This document shows, in pieces, positions 27,353 to 38,067 of a DNA stretch of 64,000 bases. The notes beneath the pieces are model-generated. The model was given only the letters and a program-made list of their open reading frames with translations. It was not told the DNA's origin and searched no databases. The number at the start of each line of letters is the position of its first letter. Within the stretch, counting starts at the first letter, position 1. The stretch covers positions 728,108-792,107 of the forward strand of contig OY970358.1 of NCBI GenBank assembly GCA_963718575.1, written 5' to 3'. The stretch comes from an uncultured bacterium (GTDB lineage: Bacteria; Patescibacteriota; Minisyncoccia; UBA6257; 2-01-FULL-56-20). The position numbers and the translations under genes are program-made.

Positions 27353-28798
27353 ATGGACTCACGAGACGAATTCTACATCACGACCCCGATCTATTATGTG
27401 AACGACAAGCCGCATATCGGCCATGCGTATTCGACGATCGTCGCCGACACGCTCGCGCGATGGCGCGAGGCGCGCGGGGAACACGTGGTGTTCTCGACGG
27501 GCGTCGATGAGAACTCGCAGAAGACGGTGGACGCCGCAAAGAAGAACGACGAAGAAATTCACGCGTACGTGGACCGGCTCGCCGACGTCTGGGCAACGAC
27601 GTGGTCAAAGCTTGGCATCTCAAACACGGATTTTATCCGCACCACCGAAGAGCGGCACATCGAAGTCGTTAAAGACATCTGGGGCCGCATGGAAGCCGCT
27701 GGCGATATTTATAAAGGCGAATATCAGGGATTGTATTGCAAGGGGCACGAGGCGTTCATGAAGGAAGACGAGCTGACGCCCGACGGCCTTTGCCCGGACC
27801 ACAAAGTGGCGCCGGAGCTCGTCACCGAGGAAAATTATTTCTTCCGGCTTTCTAACTATCAACAGAAGCTTTTGGATTTTTACGAAACGCACGACGAGTT
27901 TGTGGCACCCGCGCATCGGTTCAACGAAGTGCGCGCGTTCGTGGAGAATGGTCTAGAAGACATCAGCTTCTCGCGCGAAAAAAAGGAGTGGGGAATCCCG
28001 GTGCCAAATGATCCGAATCAGGTGATCTACGTATGGGCGGATGCGCTCGTCAACTATATTTCCGTCGTCGGCGTTGAGGGATGGGAAGAGCATCCGGCGG
28101 ATGTGCACGCAGTGGGCAAGGATATTTTGCGCTTCCACGCCGTGATCTGGCCGGCGATGTTGATGTCTGCCGGTTTGCCACTGCCCGGACAGGTGATCGC
28201 GAACGGATTCTTTACGATCGATGGCACGAAGATCTCGAAATCGCTTGGCAATGCAATTGATCCGCTTGAACTCACCGCGCGCTATGGCAATGACGGCCTG
28301 CGCTATTTCTTGCTTCGCGAAATTTCCTACGGTGAAGACGGTGATTTTTCGGAGGAGAAAATGAAGGAACGGTACAACGCGGACTTAGCGAACGGGCTTG
28401 GCAACTTTGCCGCCCGGGTGCTCACGCTTGCAGAGAAGGAGACATTATCCACGTCGGGCGCCGTGCTCGACGGCGATTTCGATATCACGATCGAAACGAT
28501 GAAACGCTTGGTCTACGCAAAGTTAAAAGAATATAAATTCCCCGAGGCGCTCGGCGCAATCTGGGCTACAATCTCGTTTGGCGATCGCTATGTGAACGAC
28601 CGCAAGGTGTGGGAGATAAAAGACGGCGCGACGCGTGCGGTTGCGCTGTTCAACCTGGTGTCACTACTCAATGCCGTTGCGACCGAGCTTGTGCCGTTCT
28701 TGCCGGAGACATCGCGCAAGATCAAAGCAGCGATCGTGCACGAAGACGGCGCGTTGAAGACGAAGAAGCCGGAGATTCTTTTCCCGAGGATAAAATAA
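27353..28798 (+). CDS. metG: Methionyl-tRNA synthetase (short form, no C-terminal tRNA-binding domain)
   Basis: HIGH motif (PHIGHAYS) and KMSKS motif (KISKSLGN); the anticodon-binding domain follows. Confidence 0.95.
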   Translation: MDSRDEFYITTPIYYVNDKPHIGHAYSTIVADTLARWREARGEHVVFSTGVDENSQKTVDAAKKNDEEIHAYVDRLADVWATTWSKLGISNTDFIRTTEERHIEVVKDIWGRMEAAGDIYKGEYQGLYCKGHEAFMKEDELTPDGLCPDHKVAPELVTEENYFFRLSNYQQKLLDFYETHDEFVAPAHRFNEVRAFVENGLEDISFSREKKEWGIPVPNDPNQVIYVWADALVNYISVVGVEGWEEHPADVHAVGKDILRFHAVIWPAMLMSAGLPLPGQVIANGFFTIDGTKISKSLGNAIDPLELTARYGNDGLRYFLLREISYGEDGDFSEEKMKERYNADLANGLGNFAARVLTLAEKETLSTSGAVLDGDFDITIETMKRLVYAKLKEYKFPEALGAIWATISFGDRYVNDRKVWEIKDGATRAVALFNLVSLLNAVATELVPFLPETSRKIKAAIVHEDGALKTKKPEILFPRIK

Positions 28799-28806
28799 TT
28801 TATCAA

Positions 28807-29463
28807 ATGGACAAGCACCAAATTATTAATAAAACGAAGGTTCATCTCAAAGCCGAATTTGGCAAAGAGGGAACTGGTCATGATTGGTGGCATATTGAGA
28901 GAGTGTTAAATAATGCGATTACTATCGCCAAGAAAGAAAAAAGTGCAGATATTTTTATTGTTCAGCTTGGTGCGCTTTTGCATGATGTCGCGGATTTTAA
29001 ATTCCATGGCGGTGACGATACTATCGGTGGCAAAGTTGCGGCGCAATGGCTCAAAAAAATTAGTACAGATGCAGTCACAATTCAGAAGGTAGTCCATATC
29101 GTGGACAATGTTTCTTTTAAAGGGCTCGGTGTGAAGTCGAAAATGGAAAGTCTCGAAGGAAAAATAGTGCAGGATGCCGACAGACTTGATGCTATCGGCG
29201 CGCTAGGCATTGCCCGGGCATTTGCATATGGTGGTTATAAAGAGAGGCCGATTTATAATCCTGAGGTGGCTCCGAAAATGCATAATAATTTCTCCTCCTA
29301 TAAGAAAGGATCCGATTCGACTATCAATCACTTCTATGAAAAAATTCTTTATGTAAAGAATTTGATGAATACAAAAGCCGGGAAGAAAATGGCCCTACAG
29401 AGGCATAAGTTTATTGAAGTTTATCTCAAGGAATTCTATGCAGAGTGGGAGGGATTAAAATAA
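28807..29463 (+). CDS. HD-domain phosphohydrolase
   Basis: 'WHIERVL...LHDVADFK...QDADRLDAIGALGIAR' is the HD motif set. Starts 9 nt after the metG stop. Confidence 0.8.
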   Translation: MDKHQIINKTKVHLKAEFGKEGTGHDWWHIERVLNNAITIAKKEKSADIFIVQLGALLHDVADFKFHGGDDTIGGKVAAQWLKKISTDAVTIQKVVHIVDNVSFKGLGVKSKMESLEGKIVQDADRLDAIGALGIARAFAYGGYKERPIYNPEVAPKMHNNFSSYKKGSDSTINHFYEKILYVKNLMNTKAGKKMALQRHKFIEVYLKEFYAEWEGLK

Positions 29464-29480
29464 AGATGTAGCGTATTTAT

Positions 29481-30077
29481 CTACCTTCCCGCCTGATCAA
29501 ATAGATTCTCGTAGACGCGGTTGATGTCGCGCTTAAAGTGTTCGATGTCGTCATAGTTATTCTCGAGCGTGATCTCGGCGCGGGAGCCGATGTCGGGAAT
29601 ATCCACTTCGGTGCGCACTTTTTCCTGCCGGGAAAAATCTTCCCATGTGGTTGCGGCTTCGCCCACGCGGTTACGCGAGATAAGCCGCGCGTAGCGCACC
29701 TTCGGGTCGGCGGTGAGGTACACGAAGACGGATTTGATGCCGTCGTCGTTCAAGCCGCGGATCATCTTCTCGTCGCCAAGCCAGCGGACGCCGTCGAGGA
29801 TCGCCACGTCGGCGTCGTCGCTCATCAGCCGCCGCCGCATCGCCCGCGAGAGCGCTCCGTCGTGGAAGCCCGTCTCTGCGTTCATCACGATCGCCATTTT
29901 TTGCAGATTGTCGCGCGTGTGCGGGATGTCCCACAGGGTGAGCGTGTCCCGGAGGATATCCGAGAACGTGTGGCGGCTCACGCGATAGCCGTCCTCGACG
30001 AGCAGCTGGTCAAGCACATTCGCGCAGGTTTCCTTCCCGGCGAGCGGAGCCCCGATGATACCGATGACGAGTTTCAT
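29481..30077 (-). CDS. P-loop nucleotide/nucleoside kinase-like protein
   Basis: Walker A motif IGIIGAPLAGKET at the N-terminus. Similar in size to the dephospho-CoA-kinase / adenylate-kinase fold. The exact substrate is unknown. Confidence 0.5.
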   Translation of the reverse strand: MKLVIGIIGAPLAGKETCANVLDQLLVEDGYRVSRHTFSDILRDTLTLWDIPHTRDNLQKMAIVMNAETGFHDGALSRAMRRRLMSDDADVAILDGVRWLGDEKMIRGLNDDGIKSVFVYLTADPKVRYARLISRNRVGEAATTWEDFSRQEKVRTEVDIPDIGSRAEITLENNYDDIEHFKRDINRVYENLFDQAGR

Positions 30078-30094
30078 GGTGAATGGTGACGGGG

Positions 30095-30490
30095 TTATTT
30101 TCCTTTTTGCCGATAGATTTTCTTGATCTTCCAATAAAGCGGATCGCGGCCGGAGCCCGCTCCCGTCGTCGCATTCTTTTTCATGAGCTTTGCGGGATAC
30201 TTCTTTTCCGCGCGAGCAAGTTTTTCAAAAATGATTTTTTCTGTGCCCAGGCCAAGGAGGACGGCAATTTCCAGCGCATAAATAAGCACGTCGGCGAGCT
30301 CCTTTTCTATCTCCGCAAGTTTTTCCTTATCTTTCTTGACTTCCTCAAGCGAAAGATTTTCCCACTGGAAAAGTTCCAAAAGCTCTCCGCCTTCAATCAT
30401 GACCGACTTTGCGAGATCCGCCGGACGGAGCTGGTCCCAGCCGCGATCTTTAAGGAATTTGTGGACCCTCTTTTCGGCGCGTGAGTTCAT
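30095..30490 (-). CDS. MazG-like nucleotide pyrophosphohydrolase
   Basis: EGGELLE...EE...EKELADVLIY pattern of the all-alpha NTP-PPase (MazG) fold. Confidence 0.65.
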   Translation of the reverse strand: MNSRAEKRVHKFLKDRGWDQLRPADLAKSVMIEGGELLELFQWENLSLEEVKKDKEKLAEIEKELADVLIYALEIAVLLGLGTEKIIFEKLARAEKKYPAKLMKKNATTGAGSGRDPLYWKIKKIYRQKGK

Positions 30491-30549
30491 ACATTGGTAT
30501 TGTAACAAAAAAGTGCCGCATCCGGATAATTTCGGATGCGGCATGGTGG

Positions 30550-31194
30550 CTAATTGCGGCTGGTGCGGTAGATGCGCATAGTGTCCGTGAGCAAGCTGAT
30601 CACATGATTAGGCTTTGCTGCGTGGATGTACTCCGGAGAGCTTGTACCCTCCGTGAATCCCATGGTAAAGACCCCCGTCTTTTGCGCTTCCATAATTCCG
30701 CTTGCCGAATCATCCACGTAGAACGCGTTACGCGGCGGTACCTTATATCGCTCGAGGAATTCGAGGATCGCTAGCCCTTTATTGTTGGCTCCAAAGCGCA
30801 CATCGTTGAAAAGATGAAGGATATCGAATTTTCTCAGGAGTTCGATTGTGCTTTCCGGCGCGGCGCTGAGCATCACCATGAGAAGACCCTGTTCGCAGAA
30901 GTAGTTCAGGGTTTGTGCAGCTCCTCTGTGGAGGTGCATATCTCCACGGATCTTATTGTAGTGGATTTCCCATGCTGCGTAGATAGCTTCCCTGGTATAT
31001 TGCCTTGGAACGCCATGCGCGTAGTAGAACTCGGCCATGGTTTCCGCAGAGCATCCCTCCCGATACTCGCGGAGCGTGGGAATGCGAGGATTGGGTGCGA
31101 GTTCTTTGATAGTCTCAACGGTGGCGGTGTATGTCGCCTCCAGGTCGTTGAAAACCGTCCCATTCCAGTCAAAAAAACCCAGTTTGTATCGCAT
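30550..31194 (-). CDS. HAD-superfamily hydrolase
   Basis: Motif I FDWNGTV (DxDGT-like), a conserved S/T motif, and a C-terminal DD motif. Confidence 0.7.
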   Translation of the reverse strand: MRYKLGFFDWNGTVFNDLEATYTATVETIKELAPNPRIPTLREYREGCSAETMAEFYYAHGVPRQYTREAIYAAWEIHYNKIRGDMHLHRGAAQTLNYFCEQGLLMVMLSAAPESTIELLRKFDILHLFNDVRFGANNKGLAILEFLERYKVPPRNAFYVDDSASGIMEAQKTGVFTMGFTEGTSSPEYIHAAKPNHVISLLTDTMRIYRTSRN

Positions 31195-31256
31195 TAGCCC
31201 TCCTCTGGCAAGCGAAAAGTGAAAACAGCTGCCCGTATGATAAGATAGTTCTATCC

Positions 31257-32150
31257 ATGAAACAAGACCTTGCCGGTAATCTGCATTTCTTCGACGCTCA
31301 TACGCATGTGCAGTTTTCCGGCTTCGCCGCCGACCGCGACGCGGTCATTCAACGCGCACGCGAAGCAAATGTGTGGATGATCAACGTCGGCACGCAAAAG
31401 GACACCTCGCGCGCGGCGGTGGAACTTGCGCGAAAATATTCCGGGGCCGGCGGCGGTATGTATGCGGCGGTCGGACTTCATCCGGTGCACACGAGCGCGT
31501 CGTTCCACGATGCGCAGGAGCTCGGCGGCGGGGAAGCGGCAACGGCGTTCACCTCGCGCGGCGAGGCGTTCGACGCGGATTATTATCGCTCGCTCGCGCT
31601 CGATCCGCTCACGGTCGCGATCGGCGAATGCGGCCTCGACTATTTCCATTTCAATGATGATGAGGCGCGCGAGGTGCAGGTAGAAAAACAGAAAGCGGCA
31701 TTTTTGGCGCAGATCGAGCTTTCGAAAGATGTTAAAAAACCATTAATGATCCATTGTCGGAACGCATTTGCGGACCTTATCGAATTTTTGCGGCCACACG
31801 CGCATGAGCTTCCGCCGAGCGTCGTCCACTTCTTTACCGGCACGCCTGATGATGCGCGGGCATTGCTCGAGCTTGGATTCTCGTTTACCTTTGGCGGCGC
31901 GATCACGTTCCCGCCGCGGAAGGGGATGGCGCAGGGCGCATATGATGAAGTGATCTCACGTATCCCGCTCGACCGGATACTGTCCGAGACCGATGCGCCG
32001 TACGTGGCGCCCGCAGCGTTTCGCGGAAAGCGCAACGAGCCGGCGTATGTTGTGTACGCCGTGTCGCGGCTTGCTGAACTTAAACACGTTTCGCCGGACG
32101 AGATGAAGGCGCAGATTTGGGCGAACGCAAAGCGGATTTTTAGCATCTAG
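31257..32150 (+). CDS. TatD-family metal-dependent hydrolase
   Basis: FDAHTH..., GLHPV, IGECGLDYF, and a C-terminal ETDAPY block typical of TatD. Confidence 0.8.
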   Translation: MKQDLAGNLHFFDAHTHVQFSGFAADRDAVIQRAREANVWMINVGTQKDTSRAAVELARKYSGAGGGMYAAVGLHPVHTSASFHDAQELGGGEAATAFTSRGEAFDADYYRSLALDPLTVAIGECGLDYFHFNDDEAREVQVEKQKAAFLAQIELSKDVKKPLMIHCRNAFADLIEFLRPHAHELPPSVVHFFTGTPDDARALLELGFSFTFGGAITFPPRKGMAQGAYDEVISRIPLDRILSETDAPYVAPAAFRGKRNEPAYVVYAVSRLAELKHVSPDEMKAQIWANAKRIFSI

Positions 32151-32276
32151 AAGTATATTAAAAAAGCATTAAATTTTATTTGACGAAAATATCGAATCAA
32201 TTACTATCGAACTATGTCCGTGGGGCGTCGGCAATTCCTGCCCCGGCTCGGCTTTCAGGCTGACAGCGGGCATGAT

Positions 32277-32307
32277 CAAAAGACCCATTCGTTGAATGGG
32301 TCTTTTG
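32277..32307. terminator. Hairpin (caaaagaccca-ttcgttgaa-tgggtcttttg) downstream of the minus-strand small ORF
   Basis: 11-bp stem with an embedded T-run; could terminate the 32311..32577 (-) transcript. Confidence 0.4.
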
Positions 32308-32310
32308 CGG

Positions 32311-32577
32311 CTAATACACACTAAAGAAATACTTTTTCCCGTTAATTTCTTTCGACAATCTCCAAAATTCAGCATTATTTGACGGATCCTCGATAATCTC
32401 TTTCACAAAAGGCAGCGGTGCAAAATGCCGTTCCTTTTCTGCTTTGGTGCGCGGGATGCCTCGTTTTCTAAGAAGATGTTGAAATCCGAGACGGTTGAAA
32501 GTGATACATTCTTTTAGTACCTGACACCATGTTTCTCCGATGTTTTCATATAATTTCTTTGGGTTTTCATTTTCCAT
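32311..32577 (-). CDS. Hypothetical small protein (AT-rich)
   Basis: 88-aa ORF in a lower-GC patch upstream of leuS; no confident family. Confidence 0.35.
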   Translation of the reverse strand: MENENPKKLYENIGETWCQVLKECITFNRLGFQHLLRKRGIPRTKAEKERHFAPLPFVKEIIEDPSNNAEFWRLSKEINGKKYFFSVY

Positions 32578-32657
32578 CCAGCCGCCATAACAAGTGGGTC
32601 ATTAAATCTATTTAAAATGGACTATTTCCTTGCTGCGCCGTAGAATAAGTATTATCT

Positions 32658-35116
32658 ATGACTTCCTACGACCCCAAGAGCATCGAAGAAAAGTGGAATA
32701 AAAAATGGCTGGCCGACAAGGTTTTCAAGGCCGCCGACGATTCCGCGAAGCCGAAATATTATCAGCTCGAGACGTTCCCGTATCCGTCCGCGGCGGGATT
32801 GCATATGGGTCATCCAAAAGGCTATACCGCCGAGGATATCCACGCGCGCTACATGCGCATGCGCGGCCGCGAAGTGCTTTACACGATGGGTTGGGATGCC
32901 TTCGGACTCCCGACGGAGAATTATGCCATCAAGGTAGGGAAGCCGCCGAAGGAAGTTGCGCTCGCGAATACGGATAACTTCCGTCGTCAGGTGCAGATGT
33001 TCGGGTTCTCGTACGACTGGGATCGGGAGATCGACACATCCTCGCCGGAATATTATAAGTGGACGCAGTGGCTGTTCCTCCAGCTTCTATAAAAAAGGGT
33101 TGGCGTATCGCAAGGAAGCAAAAGTGAACTGGTGTCCGAAGGATCAGACCGTGCTTGCGAACGAGCAGGTGGTTGACGGTAAGTGCGAGCGGTGCGGCAG
33201 TGAGATCGAGGAGCGCATGATGGAGCAGTGGTTCTTGAAGATCACCGATTATGCGGATCGTTTGCTCGCCGACCTGAAAGGCCTCGACTGGCCCTCGGCG
33301 ACGGTCAAACGCCAGGAGGATTGGATCGGAAAGAGCGAAGGGGCGGAAATTTCGTTCCTTCTCGATTTCAAAAAAAATCCGGCGGACAACGATCGTCGCG
33401 GACCGGATGGCGAGCGCGCCGCGCTGACCGTATTCACGACGCGTCCGGATACGCTCTTCGGCGCCACGTATTTGGTGCTCGCGCCGGAGCATCCGTGGGT
33501 CACGCTCGCGCTCGATGACCAGCACGACGTGTTATTAAATAAAGATGAAGTGAAGGCATATGCAGAAGCGACATCGCACAAGACCGACCGCATGCGTCAG
33601 GAGGATGTAAAAGACAAGACCGGCGTCGAGCTGAAGGGCGTGATGGCGATCAACCCGGCAACGAAGGAGGAAATTCCGATCTGGGTTGCGGACTACGTAC
33701 TCGGCTCGTATGGCACCGGCGCGATCATGGCGGTGCCCGCACACGACGAGCGCGATTTTGATTTTGCGAAGAAGTTCGGATTGCCGATAAAAAGAGTGAT
33801 TGCCGGCGAAGGTGAATTTTCAACCGGCTATGGCGTGTTGATCGATTCCGGAACGTTTACCGGTATGGATTCCGAAAAGGCAAAAGCGGAAATCACAAAG
33901 TTTGCCGGCGGGAAATTAAAGACACAATACAAGATCCGCGACTGGTCCGTGTCGCGCCAGCGGTATTGGGGAGTGCCGATCCCGATGATTCACTGTCTAA
34001 AGGATGGCATCGTGCCGGTGCCGGAAAAGGATCTGCCCGTGGTCCTGCCCGACCTCGAGAACTATCGTCCGCAGGGGATGCCGCCGCTCGCGAGTTCGCC
34101 GGCCTTCATCAACGTAAAGTGCCCTCAGTGCGGCGGCGATGCCAAGCGCGATGCGGAGACGCTCGATACATTCGTGGATTCATCGTGGTACTTCTTACGC
34201 TATCCGGATCCGCACAACGCGGCGGAAATTTTTGGCAAGGAAAAAGTGGAGCACTGGATGCCGGTGGATATCTATGTGATCGGCGCGGAGCACACCGTTC
34301 TCCACTTACTCTACTCGCGCTTTGTCACAAAATTCCTGCATGACGAAGGATATTTCTCATTTACCGAACCGTTCGCGAAGCTTCGGCATCAAGGACTCAT
34401 CATGCGGCACCGACGGCGCGAAGATGTCCAAGAGCCGCGGCAACGTGGTGAACCCGGATGAGATCGTCGCCGAGTTCGGCACCGATGCGACCCGCATGTA
34501 TTTGATGTTCATGGGGCCGTTCGAGGACGGCGCGCCGTGGGATGTAAAAGGAATTTTGGGGGTGGAGCGTTTTTTGAAGCGATTTTGGAAATATTGCGGT
34601 GGTGCTTTGGAAAAATCGTCCGACGCACCCGAACAATCTTCCGCGCGCGCTACTCTCCATCGCACCATCAAAAAGGTGGGGGAGGACATCGAGGCGTTCA
34701 AATTCAACACCGCGATCTCGGCGCTTATGATACTCTTAAATGAGCTGGAGGCGTCCGCGCCGCTCGCGAAGGAAGATGCCGTGGCGTTGGTGAAGATCAT
34801 CCATCCGTTTGCGCCGCACATGGCACAGGAATTGTGGTCGCTCATGGGCAACGCGAATTATCTGGATTTCGAGCCGTGGCCGGCGTATGATCCGGCGCTC
34901 ATTGCGCAAGAGAAGATCACGATCGTGTTTCAGGTGAACGGAAAGACAAAAGACAATGTGGCGGTGGATGCTACGATAGAAGAGGCTGATGCAAAGGAAA
35001 TGGCGCTCGCGAATGAAAAAGTGAAGGCGGCGCTCGCGGCAGGCGGCCTGGCAGCGGGTGCGCCGCCGAAGCGCATTATCTACGTGGATAAAAAACTAGT
35101 GAACATCGTCATTTAA
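32658..35116 (+). CDS. leuS: Leucyl-tRNA synthetase, interrupted by two apparent +1 frameshifts (~33087 and ~34407)
   Basis: Three consecutive ORFs (32658..33092, 32956..34461, 34322..35116) together give an uninterrupted LeuS. The first junction is ...WTQWLFLQL|YKKGLAYRKEAKVNWCP.... The second is ...FAKLRHQGLIM|GTDGAKMSKSRGNVVNPDE... (the KMSKS motif). Each junction shows one extra C. Confidence 0.85.
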
Positions 35117-36049
35117 ATGGGAGCAAGGATCTGGCTTATCATCATTATCATCATCGGGCTCGGACTCGGGCTGTATCTCTATAGTTCCGGTGCGTTTGTA
35201 AATGGGGTAAAAGGATTCGATTCGCTGATCGATACGAGCTCTACCTTCTCGCTCTTTAATCTTGGTTCTTCCACGATCGCGCGCGGACCGTCGGCGCCCA
35301 TCGGGCCGCCCCCGCCCCAGGGAACGACGATCGCGCCGCCGCCAGCCTCCGTCACGACGACCACCATTAACCCCGCCGACATTCCGGCCGGGTACACTGC
35401 CGCAGAGCTTTCGCCATACTTCCATCAAATACTCTTGGGGAGCGTTTCCGCCGGCACGTCGTACTATTACGGCACGATCACGCTGAACTCATATTTCAAT
35501 ACCACCGGCACGATCGATATCACGGGATGGCAGATAAAGACGATGGACAGCGGCGAATACATCCCGCAGGCGATCGACGTATATGACCCGTCCGGACTCA
35601 CCCCGGCGAGCGATATCCTCGTAAAGAACGGGGATACGGTGTATCTCTATTCGTCATCCGCACCGTTCAATGTGCGATTGAACGAGTGTATCGGATATAT
35701 CGCGCAGGTCGCGAACTTCGATCCGCCGTTGCCGGATTCGTGCCCTTATATTGACCCGTCGCAAATTCAGAACTTTACCGGCCAGTGCCAGAATTATATC
35801 GAGACGCTCGGCCAGTGCCAATCGCCGAACATGTCGAGCCCGCAGATCCCGCGCACCGATTATGCATGCCAGGATTATCTGGAGAATAATTTCACTTACA
35901 AATCATGCTTTGATGAGCACGACAGCGATCCGAATTTCCTGAGCAATCAGGTATGGGTGTGGACCGGCAGCAATGTCGTTGACCAGTATCACGATACCGT
36001 AAAACTGCTCGATCGGAACGGACTGCTGGTAGATTTGTACACCTATTAA
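35117..36049 (+). CDS. Secreted/membrane-anchored protein with lamin-tail-like (LTD) beta domain (hypothetical)
   Basis: N-terminal TM, a Pro-rich linker, then 'IDITGWQIKTMDSGEYIPQAIDVYDPSG...GDTVYLYSS', which resembles an LTD; Cys-rich C-terminus. Confidence 0.45.
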   Translation: MGARIWLIIIIIIGLGLGLYLYSSGAFVNGVKGFDSLIDTSSTFSLFNLGSSTIARGPSAPIGPPPPQGTTIAPPPASVTTTTINPADIPAGYTAAELSPYFHQILLGSVSAGTSYYYGTITLNSYFNTTGTIDITGWQIKTMDSGEYIPQAIDVYDPSGLTPASDILVKNGDTVYLYSSSAPFNVRLNECIGYIAQVANFDPPLPDSCPYIDPSQIQNFTGQCQNYIETLGQCQSPNMSSPQIPRTDYACQDYLENNFTYKSCFDEHDSDPNFLSNQVWVWTGSNVVDQYHDTVKLLDRNGLLVDLYTY

Positions 36050-36123
36050 CTAACAGCAAATAAGAAGCCCACACCGTTTCGCTCCAGCGTAAGAACGCCC
36101 ACTCGCTCAACGGTGTGGGCTTC

Positions 36124-37140
36124 TTATTTGCGCTCGGTCAAGGAGGCCTTTGCGGGGAATTGTTTACCGTCGCGAAGGACAAGTAATTCCACCTCGTCGC
36201 CGACATTCGAATTTTCGAGGAAATCCTGAATGGGATGGTCGTGATCGAGCTTCTTCCCGTTTATCTCCAAAACAATATCCTTTTCCTTGATCCCTGCCTT
36301 TTCTGCCGGACTGTCGGGGACGACCGCCGCGTCGCGTTCACTCTCGTTCGTGACGAGCGCGCCGTAATTCACGGATAAATTCATCTTTTTCTTGAGCGTA
36401 TCATCGATCATCACGTAGCGAAGTCCGAGGAGCGGCCGGCGGATGCGGCCGTATTTCTTGATGTCGTCGATGTCGCGCCGCGCGGCGTTCACCGGGATCG
36501 CGAAGCCGATGCTCTGCGCGCCGGAAACGATCGCGGCGTTCACGCCGACGACGCATCCGTCGCGGTCCACGATCGGGCCGCCGGAGTTGCCGGGATTGAT
36601 CGCGGCGTCGGTCTGGATGAGGCCGCGCATTTCCTGTGGCGGCGCGTTCCGCTCGGCTTGCGCCGTGATCGAGCGTGAGAGTCCGGAGACGATGCCGACG
36701 GAAACGGTGTTGCGGAAGATGCCGAGCGCGTTGCCGATCGCGATGAGCGACTGGCCAAGTTCGAGCTTTGTGGCGTCGCCGAGGCGCACGCAGGGGAGTC
36801 TATCCACCGGGATCTTCAATATAGCGACGTCATTGATCGGGTCGCGGCTTAAGATGGTGGCGGGGAATGCGCGGCCGTCGCTCAAAATAACGGTGTACTC
36901 GGCTTTGCGCTCGCTCACTACGTGCTTGTTCGTGAGGATCAAGCCATTCGATGCCACAATGAATCCCGATCCGCCGCCGGTCTGCACCATGCCGCGATCG
37001 TCCACTGTGCCGTCCGGGATCGTCGGATTGAATCCCTTTGGGAACTGCTTTTGCAGGTCCTCGAACTTCTCCGCGATGGCAATTGAAACCACCGAAGGCA
37101 TGACTTTCTTGATGACCTTAATGACGCGTTTATCGTCCAT
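36124..37140 (-). CDS. htrA: HtrA/DegP-family serine protease (trypsin-like plus PDZ)
   Basis: GSGFIV...NKHVV, D..ILKI, GNSGGPIV catalytic triad context, and a C-terminal PDZ domain. Confidence 0.9.
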   Translation of the reverse strand: MDDKRVIKVIKKVMPSVVSIAIAEKFEDLQKQFPKGFNPTIPDGTVDDRGMVQTGGGSGFIVASNGLILTNKHVVSERKAEYTVILSDGRAFPATILSRDPINDVAILKIPVDRLPCVRLGDATKLELGQSLIAIGNALGIFRNTVSVGIVSGLSRSITAQAERNAPPQEMRGLIQTDAAINPGNSGGPIVDRDGCVVGVNAAIVSGAQSIGFAIPVNAARRDIDDIKKYGRIRRPLLGLRYVMIDDTLKKKMNLSVNYGALVTNESERDAAVVPDSPAEKAGIKEKDIVLEINGKKLDHDHPIQDFLENSNVGDEVELLVLRDGKQFPAKASLTERK

Positions 37141-37167
37141 GGGATTATTCTAACATGAAAACATGGA

Positions 37168-38058
37168 TTATCTCACAAACCTCACGTAGATTCCGGACGG
37201 CACTACGCGGTCGGAACCTTTCTCGCTTACTCGCAGTTCCCCGAAATCGCCGCTCTCAATAGTGTCGAACGAACTCTCCACGGCTTGCACGAGCGATTGC
37301 GGCGCATAGCCTGCGGCATAGCCGTTCAATAAAAAGAACGAGCCGGGCTTTTGTGAAAAGATTTTTTTGACGGCGTCGAGCAGGGGACCAATATCTTCCT
37401 CGATTTTCCACACTTCGCCATCCGGTCCGCGGCCGAATGCGGGAGGATCGAGGATGATGCCATCATACATGGAGCCGCGCCGGGCTTCGCGTTCCACAAA
37501 TTTGAGCGCGTCATCGGTGATGTAGCGTAGTGAGTCGGGCGGCACTTGCGAGAGCGTGGCGTTCTCTTTTGCCCACGTGTTGCTTTGTTTGGATGCGTCC
37601 AGGTGCGTCACCATTGCGCCGTGCTTTGCGGCTACGATACTCGCGATGCCGGTGTAGCCGAAGAGGTTTAATACCTTTGGCTTATCTTCATCGCCGCCAC
37701 GCTTTGCGAGCGTGCCCGCTTTTTCGCCGATCCATTTCCAGTTTGGCGCCTGTTCCGGAAAAACGCCGGTATGCTTGAACGACGTCAAGCGTAACGTGAA
37801 TCGCGCATCACTGTTCCAGGTGATATCCCACGTTTCCGCGCCGCCTTCGTTTTTAGAATGCCATGATCCCTTTCCGCCATCAAAGATGAACTCCGCATGT
37901 GCGGTTTTCCATGATTCCGGATGAAGCGGTTTCCATATCGCCTGCGTTTCCGGGCGGATCAAAACGAACGGCCCAAACCGCTCAAGTTTTTTATTATTGC
38001 CCGAGTCGAGGAGTTCGTAATCCGGCCAGCCGTCCGTTGCGAGATCGATGTGATTCAT
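37168..38058 (-). CDS. Class I SAM-dependent rRNA methyltransferase (RlmI/RlmK-like)
   Basis: VLNLFGYTGIASI... and DGIILDPPAFGRG motifs. Confidence 0.7.
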   Translation of the reverse strand: MNHIDLATDGWPDYELLDSGNNKKLERFGPFVLIRPETQAIWKPLHPESWKTAHAEFIFDGGKGSWHSKNEGGAETWDITWNSDARFTLRLTSFKHTGVFPEQAPNWKWIGEKAGTLAKRGGDEDKPKVLNLFGYTGIASIVAAKHGAMVTHLDASKQSNTWAKENATLSQVPPDSLRYITDDALKFVEREARRGSMYDGIILDPPAFGRGPDGEVWKIEEDIGPLLDAVKKIFSQKPGSFFLLNGYAAGYAPQSLVQAVESSFDTIESGDFGELRVSEKGSDRVVPSGIYVRFVR

Positions 38059-38067
38059 ATATGTGGA

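Noticed and set aside
36061-36125. Long inverted repeat (aagaagcccacaccg ... cggtgtgggcttctt) between convergent genes as a riboswitch
   Set aside because: The 35-nt loop contains only a small internal hairpin and no recognisable riboswitch motif. It is most simply a bidirectional terminator-like structure. Not listed as a feature because it lacks a U-tract.
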